From the NCBI GenBank assembly GCA_022703585.1, contig JAKLDJ010000001.1, positions 676,006-740,005 on the forward strand: a stretch of 64,000 nt of DNA, written 5' to 3'. Each line of letters starts with the position of its first letter. Position 1 is the stretch's first letter. Shown here in pieces: positions 10,478 to 19,967 of this stretch. The notes beneath the pieces were generated by a model. It was not told the origin of the DNA. It saw only the letters and a program-made list of their open reading frames with translations, and made no database searches. The position numbers and the translations under genes are program-made. This stretch comes from Candidatus Omnitrophota bacterium. Its GTDB lineage: Bacteria > Omnitrophota > Gorgyraeia > Zapsychrales > JAKLDJ01.

Positions 10478-12895
10478 ATGAAAGATAAAATCGTAATGGC
10501 GGGAAAATCATTTATCCGGTATATCCTGGGAACTTTTATTTTATTGACGTGTGTCCGGCCGGCTTTTGCCGGAGAAGCGGATTTGATTGTCCCGGATTTA
10601 AGCTCGGTCAGCTTTCTTAACATCGACGGGAGAACACTTCTGTTGTGGGGTATGTCGATTTGTGCTTTCGGTTTTATTTTCGGGTTTGTCCAATTCCTGC
10701 AAATCAAGGCTATTAAGGTCCATAAATCGATGTTTGATATATCCGAATTGATTTATGAAACCTGCAAAACGTACTTAATCACGCAGGGAAAATTCTTGAT
10801 TATCTTGGAAATCTTGATCGGCGTCATCATTACGGTTTACTTCGGCTGGTTGCGACATTTCACCGCGGATAAGGTAGTTACTGTCTTGATCGCCAGCGTT
10901 GTCGGTATTGCCGGTAGCTATGCGGTGGCATGGTTCGGGATGCGCATTAATACCATGGCCAATTCTCGGTCTGCTTTCGGAAGTCTTGGGGGCAAACCTT
11001 TTCCGACCTACGATATTCCCTTAAAGGCCGGTATGAGTATCGGGATGCTTTTAATCAGTACCGAATTATTTGTCATGTTGTGTATTCTGCTTTTTATTGA
11101 CCCGAATTACGCGGGCCCGTGTTTTATCGGTTTTGCCATCGGTGAGTCGCTGGGTGCGTCGGTTTTAAGAATGGCGGGAGGGATTTTTACCAAGATCGCG
11201 GATATTGGGTCGGATTTGATGAAAATTGTCTTTAATATCAAAGAAGATGATGCCCGTAATCCCGGCGTTATCGCGGATTGTACGGGTGACAATGCCGGTG
11301 ATTCCGTCGGGCCCACCGCAGACGGATTCGAGACATACGGCGTTACCGGGGTAGCCCTGATCACATTTATTCTTTTGGCGATCCATGACCCTGTTGTTCA
11401 AGTGCAGCTTTTGGTCTGGATTTTTGTCATGAGACTGGTCATGATTATAGCCAGCGGCGTTTCGTACGGAATTAATTCCGTTATTGCCAAGGCCCGTTAC
11501 GGCAATGCCAAAGAGATGAATTTTGAAGTTCCTCTGACGTCGTTGGTATGGATCACTTCGTTTGTGTCCATTGGTTTTACCTACCTGGCTTCGTATCTAT
11601 TGATTGCCAATCTCGGCGACGGAACACTCTGGTGGAAGCTCGCGTCTATTATTACCTGCGGGACAATAGCGGGAGCGGTTATCCCCGAATTGGTTAAGGT
11701 TTTTACTTCAACCGAGTCGTCTTTTGTCCAGAATATCCTTAATTCATCGCGTAAAGGCGGCGCATCATTGAATATTCTCGCGGGTTTGACAGCCGGGAAT
11801 TTCAGCGCGTACTGGCTGGGATTTGCGATTCTGGTTTTAATGGGAATCGCCTATGGGGTGAGCACCTTGGGATTGGGTGCGATTATGCTGGCGCCGGCAG
11901 TCTTTGCCTTGGGCCTTGTTGCTTTTGGATTTTTGGGTATGGGGCCGGTGACGATCGCGGTTGATTCTTACGGCCCGGTGGCTGACAATGCCCAATCTAT
12001 TTATGAACTTTCTCTGATTGAAAATATTCCCGGCATCAGAGAGGAAATCAAGAGAGATTTTGGATTTGACCCTGATTTTAAGAATGCCAAAGATTACCTG
12101 GAGGCCAATGACGGCGCCGGAAATACCTTTAAAGCGACCACCAAACCGGTTTTGATCGGTACAGCGGTGGTCGGTGCCACGACCATGATTTTCTCCATCA
12201 TCTTTATCTTAACCGGCGGCCTAACTTCACAAATCGATAAGCTCTCTATTCTTCATCCGCCGTTTCTGTTAGGGTTAGTGGCCGGAGGGATGGTGATTTA
12301 CTGGTTTACCGGAGCGTCGATTCAGGCGGTTACAGCCGGTGCCTACCATGCGGTAGAATTTATCAAGAATAACATCAAACTGGAAGGGTCAGAAAAGGCC
12401 TCCATGGCGGACAGTAAGAAGGTCGTGGAGATCTGCACCAAATTTGCGCAAAAGGGGATGATCAACATATTCCTCACCATCTTCTTTAGCACGCTGGCTT
12501 TCGCTTGCCTTGATTCATTTTTCTTTATCGGGTACTTGATCTCGATTGCCCTCTTTGGATTATTTCAGGCGATCTTCATGGCTAATGCCGGCGGGGCGTG
12601 GGATAACTGCAAGAAGTTAGTCGAGACTAAGTTTAAGGATCAAAAAGGAACTCCCTTGCATGCGGCGACAATTGTCGGCGACACTGTCGGGGATCCTTTT
12701 AAGGACACATCATCGGTTGCCATGAATCCGATTATTAAATTCACGACACTGTTTGGGCTTCTGGCGATTGAGATGGCTATTGAATTGAGCCAGAGATTAA
12801 ACTTGATCCTGGCGGTTGTTTTCTTTGCGGTTTCTGTCTTTTTTGTCCTGCGTTCGTTTTACGATATGAGGATCAGGACGGAGGAGCCGGCATAA
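10478..12895 (+). CDS. hppA: membrane-bound proton/sodium-translocating pyrophosphatase (V-type H+-PPase)
   Basis: 805 aa with 15-16 TM helices. Acidic PPi-binding motifs (GDNAGDSVGPTADGFETYG, DNCKK, DTVGDPFKDT). AGGAGG SD before the ATG at 10478. Confidence 0.9.
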   Translation: MKDKIVMAGKSFIRYILGTFILLTCVRPAFAGEADLIVPDLSSVSFLNIDGRTLLLWGMSICAFGFIFGFVQFLQIKAIKVHKSMFDISELIYETCKTYLITQGKFLIILEILIGVIITVYFGWLRHFTADKVVTVLIASVVGIAGSYAVAWFGMRINTMANSRSAFGSLGGKPFPTYDIPLKAGMSIGMLLISTELFVMLCILLFIDPNYAGPCFIGFAIGESLGASVLRMAGGIFTKIADIGSDLMKIVFNIKEDDARNPGVIADCTGDNAGDSVGPTADGFETYGVTGVALITFILLAIHDPVVQVQLLVWIFVMRLVMIIASGVSYGINSVIAKARYGNAKEMNFEVPLTSLVWITSFVSIGFTYLASYLLIANLGDGTLWWKLASIITCGTIAGAVIPELVKVFTSTESSFVQNILNSSRKGGASLNILAGLTAGNFSAYWLGFAILVLMGIAYGVSTLGLGAIMLAPAVFALGLVAFGFLGMGPVTIAVDSYGPVADNAQSIYELSLIENIPGIREEIKRDFGFDPDFKNAKDYLEANDGAGNTFKATTKPVLIGTAVVGATTMIFSIIFILTGGLTSQIDKLSILHPPFLLGLVAGGMVIYWFTGASIQAVTAGAYHAVEFIKNNIKLEGSEKASMADSKKVVEICTKFAQKGMINIFLTIFFSTLAFACLDSFFFIGYLISIALFGLFQAIFMANAGGAWDNCKKLVETKFKDQKGTPLHAATIVGDTVGDPFKDTSSVAMNPIIKFTTLFGLLAIEMAIELSQRLNLILAVVFFAVSVFFVLRSFYDMRIRTEEPA

Positions 12896-13058
12896 ATCTG
12901 TTCTTAAAATTGTGCTGCGGATAACCATCGGCTGGGAGGGGGAGAGGTTTTCATTTTATTGAAAATCGTTCGACAATCCTAAATCGGCCGTGTTAGAATA
13001 ATTCTGATTTTGCGAAAATGTTGATGCAAAGAATAACAGTCTAGAAAAGGGAACTCGA

Positions 13059-13463
13059 ATGCATCCACGGTTAGCGAAGGGCAAGGCAGCGGCAATAGTC
13101 GTCGCGCTTGTATTCTTGGGCGTGTCTTTAAGCGGCTGCTTTTATTTGGTTTTGGGTGCCGCGGCCGCGGCCGGGGGCTATGCCATTAGCTCGGATACGA
13201 TTCAAGGGGAGACCGAGAAAGACTTTCAGGAGGTCTGGGATTCCAGCGTTGAGATTGCTTCGATTATGGGCATGGTCAGCAGCAAAAGCCCTGAACTAGG
13301 GAAGATATCGGCTACCATTGACGGCGCTAAGGTTAATATACAAGTGCTTCAGCTGACAACTTCAACCACCCGACTGAAGGTCAAGGCCAGAAAAGGCCTC
13401 TTTCCAAATATTTCGACCGCCCAAAATATTTTTGTCAAGATTATGAATCGCGTTAACGGATAG
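13059..13463 (+). CDS. lipoprotein, hypothetical
   Basis: Signal peptide with the lipobox LSGC. Confidence 0.55.
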   Translation: MHPRLAKGKAAAIVVALVFLGVSLSGCFYLVLGAAAAAGGYAISSDTIQGETEKDFQEVWDSSVEIASIMGMVSSKSPELGKISATIDGAKVNIQVLQLTTSTTRLKVKARKGLFPNISTAQNIFVKIMNRVNG

Positions 13464-13496
13464 CCGTTCTGCTTTTGCGTGGGGCATAGCCTGCTG

Positions 13497-13524
13497 TTGA
13501 CATCTTCAAGAACTTTGCTACAAT
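13497..13524 (+). promoter_or_regulatory. sigma70-type promoter upstream of the tRNA cluster (TTGACA-16-TACAAT)
   Basis: TTGACA at 13497-13502 and TACAAT at 13519-13524, about 25 nt upstream of the first tRNA. Confidence 0.5.
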
Positions 13525-13548
13525 GGTGACCCTGTAAGATAATAAATT

Positions 13549-13621
13549 GCCGAGATAGCTCAGGTAGTAGAGCGCAGGCCTGAAAAGCCTGGCGTCCCCA
13601 GTGCAAGTCTGGGTCTCGGCA
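13549..13621 (+). tRNA. tRNA-Phe(GAA)-like gene with non-canonical D-loop and T-loop (possible pseudogene)
   Basis: The cloverleaf folds: acceptor GCCGAGA/TCTCGGC, anticodon loop CTGAAAA. The D-loop AGGTAGTA lacks G18G19 and the T-loop reads TGCAAGT instead of TTCRANY. Confidence 0.45.
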
Positions 13622-13712
13622 CTTGACTTCCTCTAAACTACAAGGATAGGCATTCAGAAAAGTCAAGTGCAGTCCCGACCTCCTTAGAATATGATTAGAG
13701 GAGGGTCGGGGC
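13619..13712. repeat. hairpin repeat units H1-H2 (GCACTTGACTT...AAGTCAAGTGC; GTCCCGACCTCC...GGAGGGTCGGGGC) abutting the tRNA 3' end
   Basis: Inverted repeats with 11-13 bp stems separated by AGT/AGC linkers. H1 begins inside the last 3 nt of the tRNA-Phe-like gene. Confidence 0.6.
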
Positions 13713-13855
13713 GGCACTTTACTTCTTTAGGGTTTAAAGGCTGTCATGCAGCAAGGTCGGACACGGAGCCACTTTTCCTTCCAAAATCATTGCCAATATT
13801 TTAAATATCCGTTAGAATAAAATTACTCCAAGGCTGTCGAATCGTGCTGAATATT

Positions 13856-13928
<73 letters not shown>

Positions 13929-13955
13929 TTTAAATATCATACATGGCGTAGTTCA

Positions 13956-14146
13956 GCACTTGCCTTCCTTTAAAAGTATGCTAGAAAAGGCAAGTGCAGC
14001 CCTTGACTTTTATAGGATGTAAGTTTCTTAAGTTTAAAGGAAGTCAAGGGCAGCCCAGCTATCCTTAAAATCTTATTCTAGAGGAGGCTGGTGCAGTCTT
14101 CGACCTTTCGGAATACAGTTTTTTAAGTTTAGAGGAAGTCGAAGGC
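13956..14146. repeat. hairpin repeat units H3-H6 (GCACTTGCCTT..., GCCCTTGACTT..., GCCCAGC..., GTCTTCGACCTT... each with a matching 3' arm)
   Basis: Four consecutive 42-53 nt imperfect palindromes. They share loop motifs TAAGTTTAAAGG / TAAGTTTAGAGG and AGT/AGC junctions. Confidence 0.6.
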
Positions 14147-14206
<60 letters not shown>

Positions 14207-14226
14207 TTTTTCTACCTCAAAACCCG

Positions 14227-16218
14227 TTGCCGACGGGTGCGTGCTACGTGGAGAAAATAAATATTTCTAAAAGAATTCCCCTCGAGTTTATCGTATTTCT
14301 CTTTCTCCTTGCCCTGTGTTTTATTCTTTACACCCCAAGCCTTAAAGCTGATTTTGTCCTGGACGATAATGTTGTTGTTGCCCAGAATCCCGCCATTAAG
14401 CAAGCCGGGCTTTACCGGTATATCTTTGCAAAGAGTTTCTTCAGTCCCTATAAATCTTCGGCCGATCTCAAGCTCGGCTATTACCGCCCGATGACGCTGT
14501 CGTCCCTGGCGCTAGATTACCGCATCTGGGGATTAAGGCCTTGGGGATACCGATTAACAAATATTTTTCTGCATGCCCTCAACGGAATACTTCTCTTTCT
14601 GCTGGTTCGCAGAATCTTCCAGAAAGAAGGGGCGGCGTTTCTCAGTGCTGTATTATTTTGTATTCTTCCGGTTCACGGGGTGACAGTTAATACGATTTCC
14701 TGTCGGGGTGATTTATTGCAGGCCTTCTTTTTATTGATGGCGTCCATTACCTTTGTCGGGTATCTCGGACAAAGAATTCGCGGAAAATTATTCTTAAGCA
14801 TTCTTTTTTTTATATGCGCCATCTTATCGCGGGAGACCTCTTTGGTATATCCCCTGCTAGCCATTTTACTATCGTGGAATCATGACAGGGATATGAAGGC
14901 TGCCGTGAGGAAATCTTTGCCTTTTTTTGCGGTTGCCGTATTGTATTATATCGTTCGTCTTGCTCTTTTTCCTATTGCCAGTGAGGGGCTGTCGGCGTTT
15001 TTATCGGCGGATAGGTTGTTGAGATGGTTTTTGATTATTGAAGAATACAGCGTGTGTTTTATTTTTCCCTGGTCCGCACAAACGGCTACGAAAATTTTAT
15101 TTGCACCCGTAGGCCTTAAATCTCTTATATTCTTGCTCGGTGTGATCGTTTTAATTGCCGGGATCTTTCTTGAGCGAAAAAAACAGCTTCGAAAAAGTCA
15201 GCTGATTTTTGGGCTCATCTGGATTTTCGTCACCATGCTGCCTTTTTTGGTGATGGAAAAACTTATCGAGAGAATGGGCCCCTATTTTTCAGAAGCCTAC
15301 CTGTATCTTTCTTCCGTCGGATTTGTCATTGTTTTGGGCAGCATTATTCTTAACCTCAACAGGACTTTTCGATACGGCATCTTGATATTTCTTGTGTCGT
15401 ACTATGTTCTTTTCAGTATTTATAATAACTATTCCTGGGATAGCGAGAAGAATATTCTCGATAGGGTCTTTCGCATCGAGCAGAGTTATGCGCATATCGC
15501 GGGGATGCAGCTCTTAATGAAGTACGAAGACAACGAAAGGGAAACGAGGAAAATTATTGATGCTCAAGGCAATCCCGCCTCCCGGAGCATGTGGGTCAAA
15601 AGATTGGGAGGTATCTACCGCCATCGAAAAGATTACCCCGGAGCTATCCCGCTGTTTAAAGAGGCGATCCGGTTGAATCCCGGGAACATTGAGGCGTATA
15701 ATGAACTCGCGGTGGCGTATTTTGAAGCAGGGGACGTGGACAACGGCATCCGCTACTTAAGGGAATCGCTCCTTCGGGACGGAGAATACGCCGAGACGTA
15801 TCGGATTTTAGGGCAGGTGTTGTATCAAAAGAATGATTATGCGGGTGCGGCCGGGAACCTGTCCAAGGCCTATTACTATAATCCCGACGATATGGAAACG
15901 CTGCTGTATCTGGCCATGGCAAATTTTTTTAACAAGCAGGATGACCAATATGCAAAATGGATGGATGTACTGATCAGGAAATTCGGCAATACACGGCTGA
16001 TTGTTCGATTTGTTGTCCATGAGCTGTACAATCACGGCTATTTTCGTAATGCGGCCCGGTTGATCGAAGATTCGCAGGAATATTTTACGGATGATGCCCG
16101 GATGTTTATGATATTGTCACGTGCCTATTTTTATATGGGGCAGGAGCAGAAAGCGACGGACGCCTGGAAGAAGGCAAGGATGATGAAATCATTTGCGTCA
16201 GTGGCCGGCAATCCATAG
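14227..16218 (+). CDS. TMTC/DUF1736-like polytopic membrane glycosyltransferase (GT-C fold) with C-terminal TPR repeats, paralog 1
   Basis: The N-terminal motif DDNVVVAQNPAI...YYRPMTLSSLALDYRIWGLRPWGYRLTNIFLHAL matches the TMTC/DUF1736 signature. About 10 TM helices and a C-terminal TPR array. Confidence 0.65.
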   Translation: MPTGACYVEKINISKRIPLEFIVFLFLLALCFILYTPSLKADFVLDDNVVVAQNPAIKQAGLYRYIFAKSFFSPYKSSADLKLGYYRPMTLSSLALDYRIWGLRPWGYRLTNIFLHALNGILLFLLVRRIFQKEGAAFLSAVLFCILPVHGVTVNTISCRGDLLQAFFLLMASITFVGYLGQRIRGKLFLSILFFICAILSRETSLVYPLLAILLSWNHDRDMKAAVRKSLPFFAVAVLYYIVRLALFPIASEGLSAFLSADRLLRWFLIIEEYSVCFIFPWSAQTATKILFAPVGLKSLIFLLGVIVLIAGIFLERKKQLRKSQLIFGLIWIFVTMLPFLVMEKLIERMGPYFSEAYLYLSSVGFVIVLGSIILNLNRTFRYGILIFLVSYYVLFSIYNNYSWDSEKNILDRVFRIEQSYAHIAGMQLLMKYEDNERETRKIIDAQGNPASRSMWVKRLGGIYRHRKDYPGAIPLFKEAIRLNPGNIEAYNELAVAYFEAGDVDNGIRYLRESLLRDGEYAETYRILGQVLYQKNDYAGAAGNLSKAYYYNPDDMETLLYLAMANFFNKQDDQYAKWMDVLIRKFGNTRLIVRFVVHELYNHGYFRNAARLIEDSQEYFTDDARMFMILSRAYFYMGQEQKATDAWKKARMMKSFASVAGNP

Positions 16219-16230
16219 AAAGGGTTAGCG

Positions 16231-18027
16231 ATGTCTATTCAAGAAGTTATTCTCCGGCATAAGAAACCATTGTCCTTAATCGTTGCCGCCATCGTGCTAA
16301 CCTATGCCGTTTCTCTGCTGAACGGTTTTGTAGGTGACGACCATTTTCTTTTTGAAAATAATGGTTTTTATAAGGATTTGAAGAATGTCTCCCGATTGGT
16401 GCAAAAGAATTTCATCACCGGTTTCGATGATATCGATAACGCTGCCATGAGAGGAAGTGTATCGATGTCGGGGTGTGTCTCGTATCGGCCGGTCACCGCG
16501 CTGTCGTTTTTTATCGATTATGCCGTCTGGAAACATAATCCCTTTGGCCATCATCTGACCAACATACTCATCCACATTCTTGCCTGCCTTTTTATTTACA
16601 CGCTGGTATTCTGGACCCTTAAAAACGCCAAGATCGCTGTCATGGCTGCTGTGTTATTTGCCGTTCATCCGATCAACGCGGAAGCGGTGAACAGCATCGG
16701 CTACCGGTCCGATCTTTTGTGTCTGGTTTTTTATTTGGCTACCTTTGTTTTCTTTATCCAATACCGCCGTTGCGGTAATTGTCAAAAATGGCAGTGGCTT
16801 GCGGCTTGCTATGGGGCATTTTTTCTTTCCCTGTTTTCAAAGGAAGGGTCTGCAACCCTGCCGCTTTTGTTGGCGGTTTACGACTGGTTTTTCTTAAAGA
16901 GTTACCGGCCGAAGGACCGCCGGCAGCTTATGCTCGAATACGCGGGTTTTGTCGGCCTATTGTTCTTTTACCTCTATCTATATTTCTTTGTTTTTCCAAA
17001 CTCGAATCATCCTCAGGATTATCTTCAATCAACCGATTTTGTAAGACAATTTCTTATTGCGACTAAAATCTTTTACAGCTATTTGATTGTTTTGATTTTC
17101 CCGCCTAAAATCACGATTTTGCCTACGCTGTATGTCCCGCCTTTAGCCGCAATCCGGCCCTATGAAGTTACCGCTGTCTTTGTTTTTATGCTTGTCTGTT
17201 TTTTTGCCGCGTTTCGATCGTTTAAGAAATCGAAAATAGTTTTGTTCTTTATCCTGTGGTTTTTTATAACCTACCTGCCTACGGCCAATCTTTTTCCCGT
17301 ACCCAACCCGTTTGCTTTTCGTTTTATGTACATGCCGTCGGTAGGCTTTTTTGTTATCGTTGCGATTTTTATCGAGAAATTATGTTCTCGGTTGACCCAA
17401 CGGTTCGGTTCGGTTCATTTCGAATACATTCTAAAGTTCGGGTTAGTCGGACTGTGTATGGTCATAACAATTCCTCACAATATGCTTTTTAAAAATGACT
17501 TTACCGTTTGCCAGGAACAAATCAAGCGATATCCGGACTGCTCAAAGCCGTACTGGGCGATAGGAGAGATTTATCTGAGCCACGGGGAATATAAAAAGGC
17601 GATAGAGAATCTCAGCGCATACTTAAGGATTGATAAAAACAATCCGTTTGTTGAAGCGATGAGCAGGGATTATTTTGTCTATAACCGCCTGGGGATGTGT
17701 TATGTCGATGATCCCGACAAGGCGATTGCCGAGTTTCAGACGTCGATTCGCCTGCGCCCTGAGTATGCACTGGCCTATGCCAATATGGCCAAGGCCTATA
17801 TTTTGAAAAAGGATTTTCAAAAATCTTTGGCTTATTCCCTGAAGGCAATTGAGCTTAATGACGGACTCGTGCTCGGCTATATTTATGCGATTTACTCTTG
17901 CCTTATGGCTGAAGATTTAGAGAAAGCCAAGGGGCTTTTAGAAAAAGCTGTTGAACTTTCCCCTGATGACGAGGGTGTGCAGTATCTGAAGAAACAAATT
18001 GATAGATATGAAAATAGCCGTAGATAA
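16231..18027 (+). CDS. TMTC/DUF1736-like membrane glycosyltransferase with C-terminal TPR repeats, paralog 2
   Basis: GDDHFLFENN...SYRPVTALSFFIDYAVWKHNPFGHHLTNILIHIL, multiple TM helices, and C-terminal TPRs. Confidence 0.65.
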   Translation: MSIQEVILRHKKPLSLIVAAIVLTYAVSLLNGFVGDDHFLFENNGFYKDLKNVSRLVQKNFITGFDDIDNAAMRGSVSMSGCVSYRPVTALSFFIDYAVWKHNPFGHHLTNILIHILACLFIYTLVFWTLKNAKIAVMAAVLFAVHPINAEAVNSIGYRSDLLCLVFYLATFVFFIQYRRCGNCQKWQWLAACYGAFFLSLFSKEGSATLPLLLAVYDWFFLKSYRPKDRRQLMLEYAGFVGLLFFYLYLYFFVFPNSNHPQDYLQSTDFVRQFLIATKIFYSYLIVLIFPPKITILPTLYVPPLAAIRPYEVTAVFVFMLVCFFAAFRSFKKSKIVLFFILWFFITYLPTANLFPVPNPFAFRFMYMPSVGFFVIVAIFIEKLCSRLTQRFGSVHFEYILKFGLVGLCMVITIPHNMLFKNDFTVCQEQIKRYPDCSKPYWAIGEIYLSHGEYKKAIENLSAYLRIDKNNPFVEAMSRDYFVYNRLGMCYVDDPDKAIAEFQTSIRLRPEYALAYANMAKAYILKKDFQKSLAYSLKAIELNDGLVLGYIYAIYSCLMAEDLEKAKGLLEKAVELSPDDEGVQYLKKQIDRYENSRR

Positions 18028-19882
18028 TTTAGCAAAAAGCCGGGTTATGATGGCGGCGTTTATTGTGCTGTTGGGATTGGCGGCATATTCTTTCGCCTTA
18101 AGCGCGCCTTTTAAGACGATGGACGACCAGTTTTCCATCGTCAATAATCCCGATATCCAGGATTTTTCAAATATCGGCAAAGTATTCCGGACAGGTTATT
18201 TCCAAGACCGTGCCTATTACCGGCCCCTTGTGATTGTCAGCTATATGATTGATTGTCACTTTTTCGGTGTCGACCCGCTCTTTTTTAAACTAAGCAACAT
18301 CATTATCCATCTTATAACGGCACTGGTTATCTTTCTTATTATTGCCCGCATCTTTCAGGATAAGAACATCGGGTTTTTTGTTGCGCTTCTCTTTGCTATT
18401 CACCCTGTTCACTGGAAATCGGTCTCCCATATTCCCGATCGGTCGATACTTTTAGCGTCGCTTTTTGAAATATCCGCCTTTTATTTCTTTTGCCTCTCTA
18501 AGACCGGCAAGAGAAGGCTGATGCACTACGCTGCATCACTTGTTTTCTTCGCGCTGGCGCTTTTGTCTAAAGAAGCCGTGATGGCCTTTCCCTTGATTGT
18601 ACTGAGCTATGAACTGATCTTAAGAGGGAAAGAGAAGAAACGATGGCTGTCGATAGCACAAAGCGTTTTGCCTTTCTTGGCGGTTTTAGTTTTTTATTTT
18701 CTAATCCGTCGACTTTTTGGGATCACGCAAGCTGATTACTGGGATTCTGCCCGAGAGCTTATTTTAGCGATGATAACATTTTTAAGGGCTGAGATCACCT
18801 ATCTAAGGATTTTATTTGCTCCGCTTGACCTTTATTTTGACAGGTCTATGGTGATTTTTACAAATTTCTCCGATCCCCAGGTTTTGCTGACGTTTTTATT
18901 TTTTGGTCTGTCGGCCCTAATATTATTCAGATTTAGAAAAAAAGTGTCGCCACCGGCGCTGTTTTTCGGATTGTGGTTTTTGATCGGCCTTTTACCCGTC
19001 TCCCAGATCTTGCCCATATGCGTACAGCCGGGGGCTATTTCTACGACCGAGCATTTTCTCTACGCGCCCTGTTTGGGGGTATTTGTTTTGTTTGTTTTAA
19101 TAGGCCGGTGGCTTTATCGCGAGGGTTTACGACGTAAAGTCTTTTCTGCCGGCGTATTTTGTTTTGGTGTTATCGGTTTATATGCTTTTCTTTTTATCAC
19201 CCTTGTCCAGCAAAACATCTATTCGGCCAATGAGTTGGCGATGCTCAGGCAATCCGTCATGCGCAATCCTCAAAATAGCCGCGTTCAACTTTGTTTAGGG
19301 TTGGTGTATGCCCGGAAATGGTTATTTAAAGAAGCGGAGGGACATTTTCGAGAGGCCCTCAATCTTTTTCCGGGGTACGTGGAAGCCCGCATTGCTTTGG
19401 GCAAAGCCCTGTGCGACCAGGGCCGTCTTCTCGAAGGGCTGAACGAATATGAGAGAGTCGCCGATGCCGGCCGGCACGCGCAGCTTTTAGAAAATAACAT
19501 GCGTTTAACCCGGGGGTTATTGATTAAGCAGTATCAGGCGGCGATTGCCCGCGATGAGGGCAACGCCGATTTGCATTACAGCCTGGGCGTTGCTTATTCA
19601 AAGAACAAGGAAACTGAGAACGCTATGGAACAATATCTCAGGGCGGTGGAGCTGCGTCCGGATTTTAAGAATGCCCTTTTTAATCTGGCGTCCAGTTATG
19701 AATCGATCGGTCGGATTGATGAGGCGGTTTTCTATTACGAGAAAATAACTTTTCCGGATGACCAGCCGGATTTATTAACGGCGCGTGTTTATTTTCAGCT
19801 AGCCAATATTTACAAAAAAAGAGGGGATTTTCAGAAAGCCGAAGAATATTTTCAAAAGAGCCGTGCCGTAAAACCCAGATAA
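17999..19882 (+). CDS. TMTC/DUF1736-like membrane glycosyltransferase with C-terminal TPR repeats, paralog 3
   Basis: MDDQFSIVNNPDI...YYRPLVIVSYMIDCHFFGVDPLFFKLSNIIIHLI, TM helices, and C-terminal TPRs. It overlaps paralog 2 by 29 nt. Confidence 0.65.
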   Translation: MIDMKIAVDNLAKSRVMMAAFIVLLGLAAYSFALSAPFKTMDDQFSIVNNPDIQDFSNIGKVFRTGYFQDRAYYRPLVIVSYMIDCHFFGVDPLFFKLSNIIIHLITALVIFLIIARIFQDKNIGFFVALLFAIHPVHWKSVSHIPDRSILLASLFEISAFYFFCLSKTGKRRLMHYAASLVFFALALLSKEAVMAFPLIVLSYELILRGKEKKRWLSIAQSVLPFLAVLVFYFLIRRLFGITQADYWDSARELILAMITFLRAEITYLRILFAPLDLYFDRSMVIFTNFSDPQVLLTFLFFGLSALILFRFRKKVSPPALFFGLWFLIGLLPVSQILPICVQPGAISTTEHFLYAPCLGVFVLFVLIGRWLYREGLRRKVFSAGVFCFGVIGLYAFLFITLVQQNIYSANELAMLRQSVMRNPQNSRVQLCLGLVYARKWLFKEAEGHFREALNLFPGYVEARIALGKALCDQGRLLEGLNEYERVADAGRHAQLLENNMRLTRGLLIKQYQAAIARDEGNADLHYSLGVAYSKNKETENAMEQYLRAVELRPDFKNALFNLASSYESIGRIDEAVFYYEKITFPDDQPDLLTARVYFQLANIYKKRGDFQKAEEYFQKSRAVKPR

Positions 19883-19967
19883 AAACTTCCCCGGGCCTAT
19901 AGTGAGAATTCAAAGAGAGTGGTATAATACAATCCCCTTATGCTAGTAACGGAAATTCAGGAGAAAT

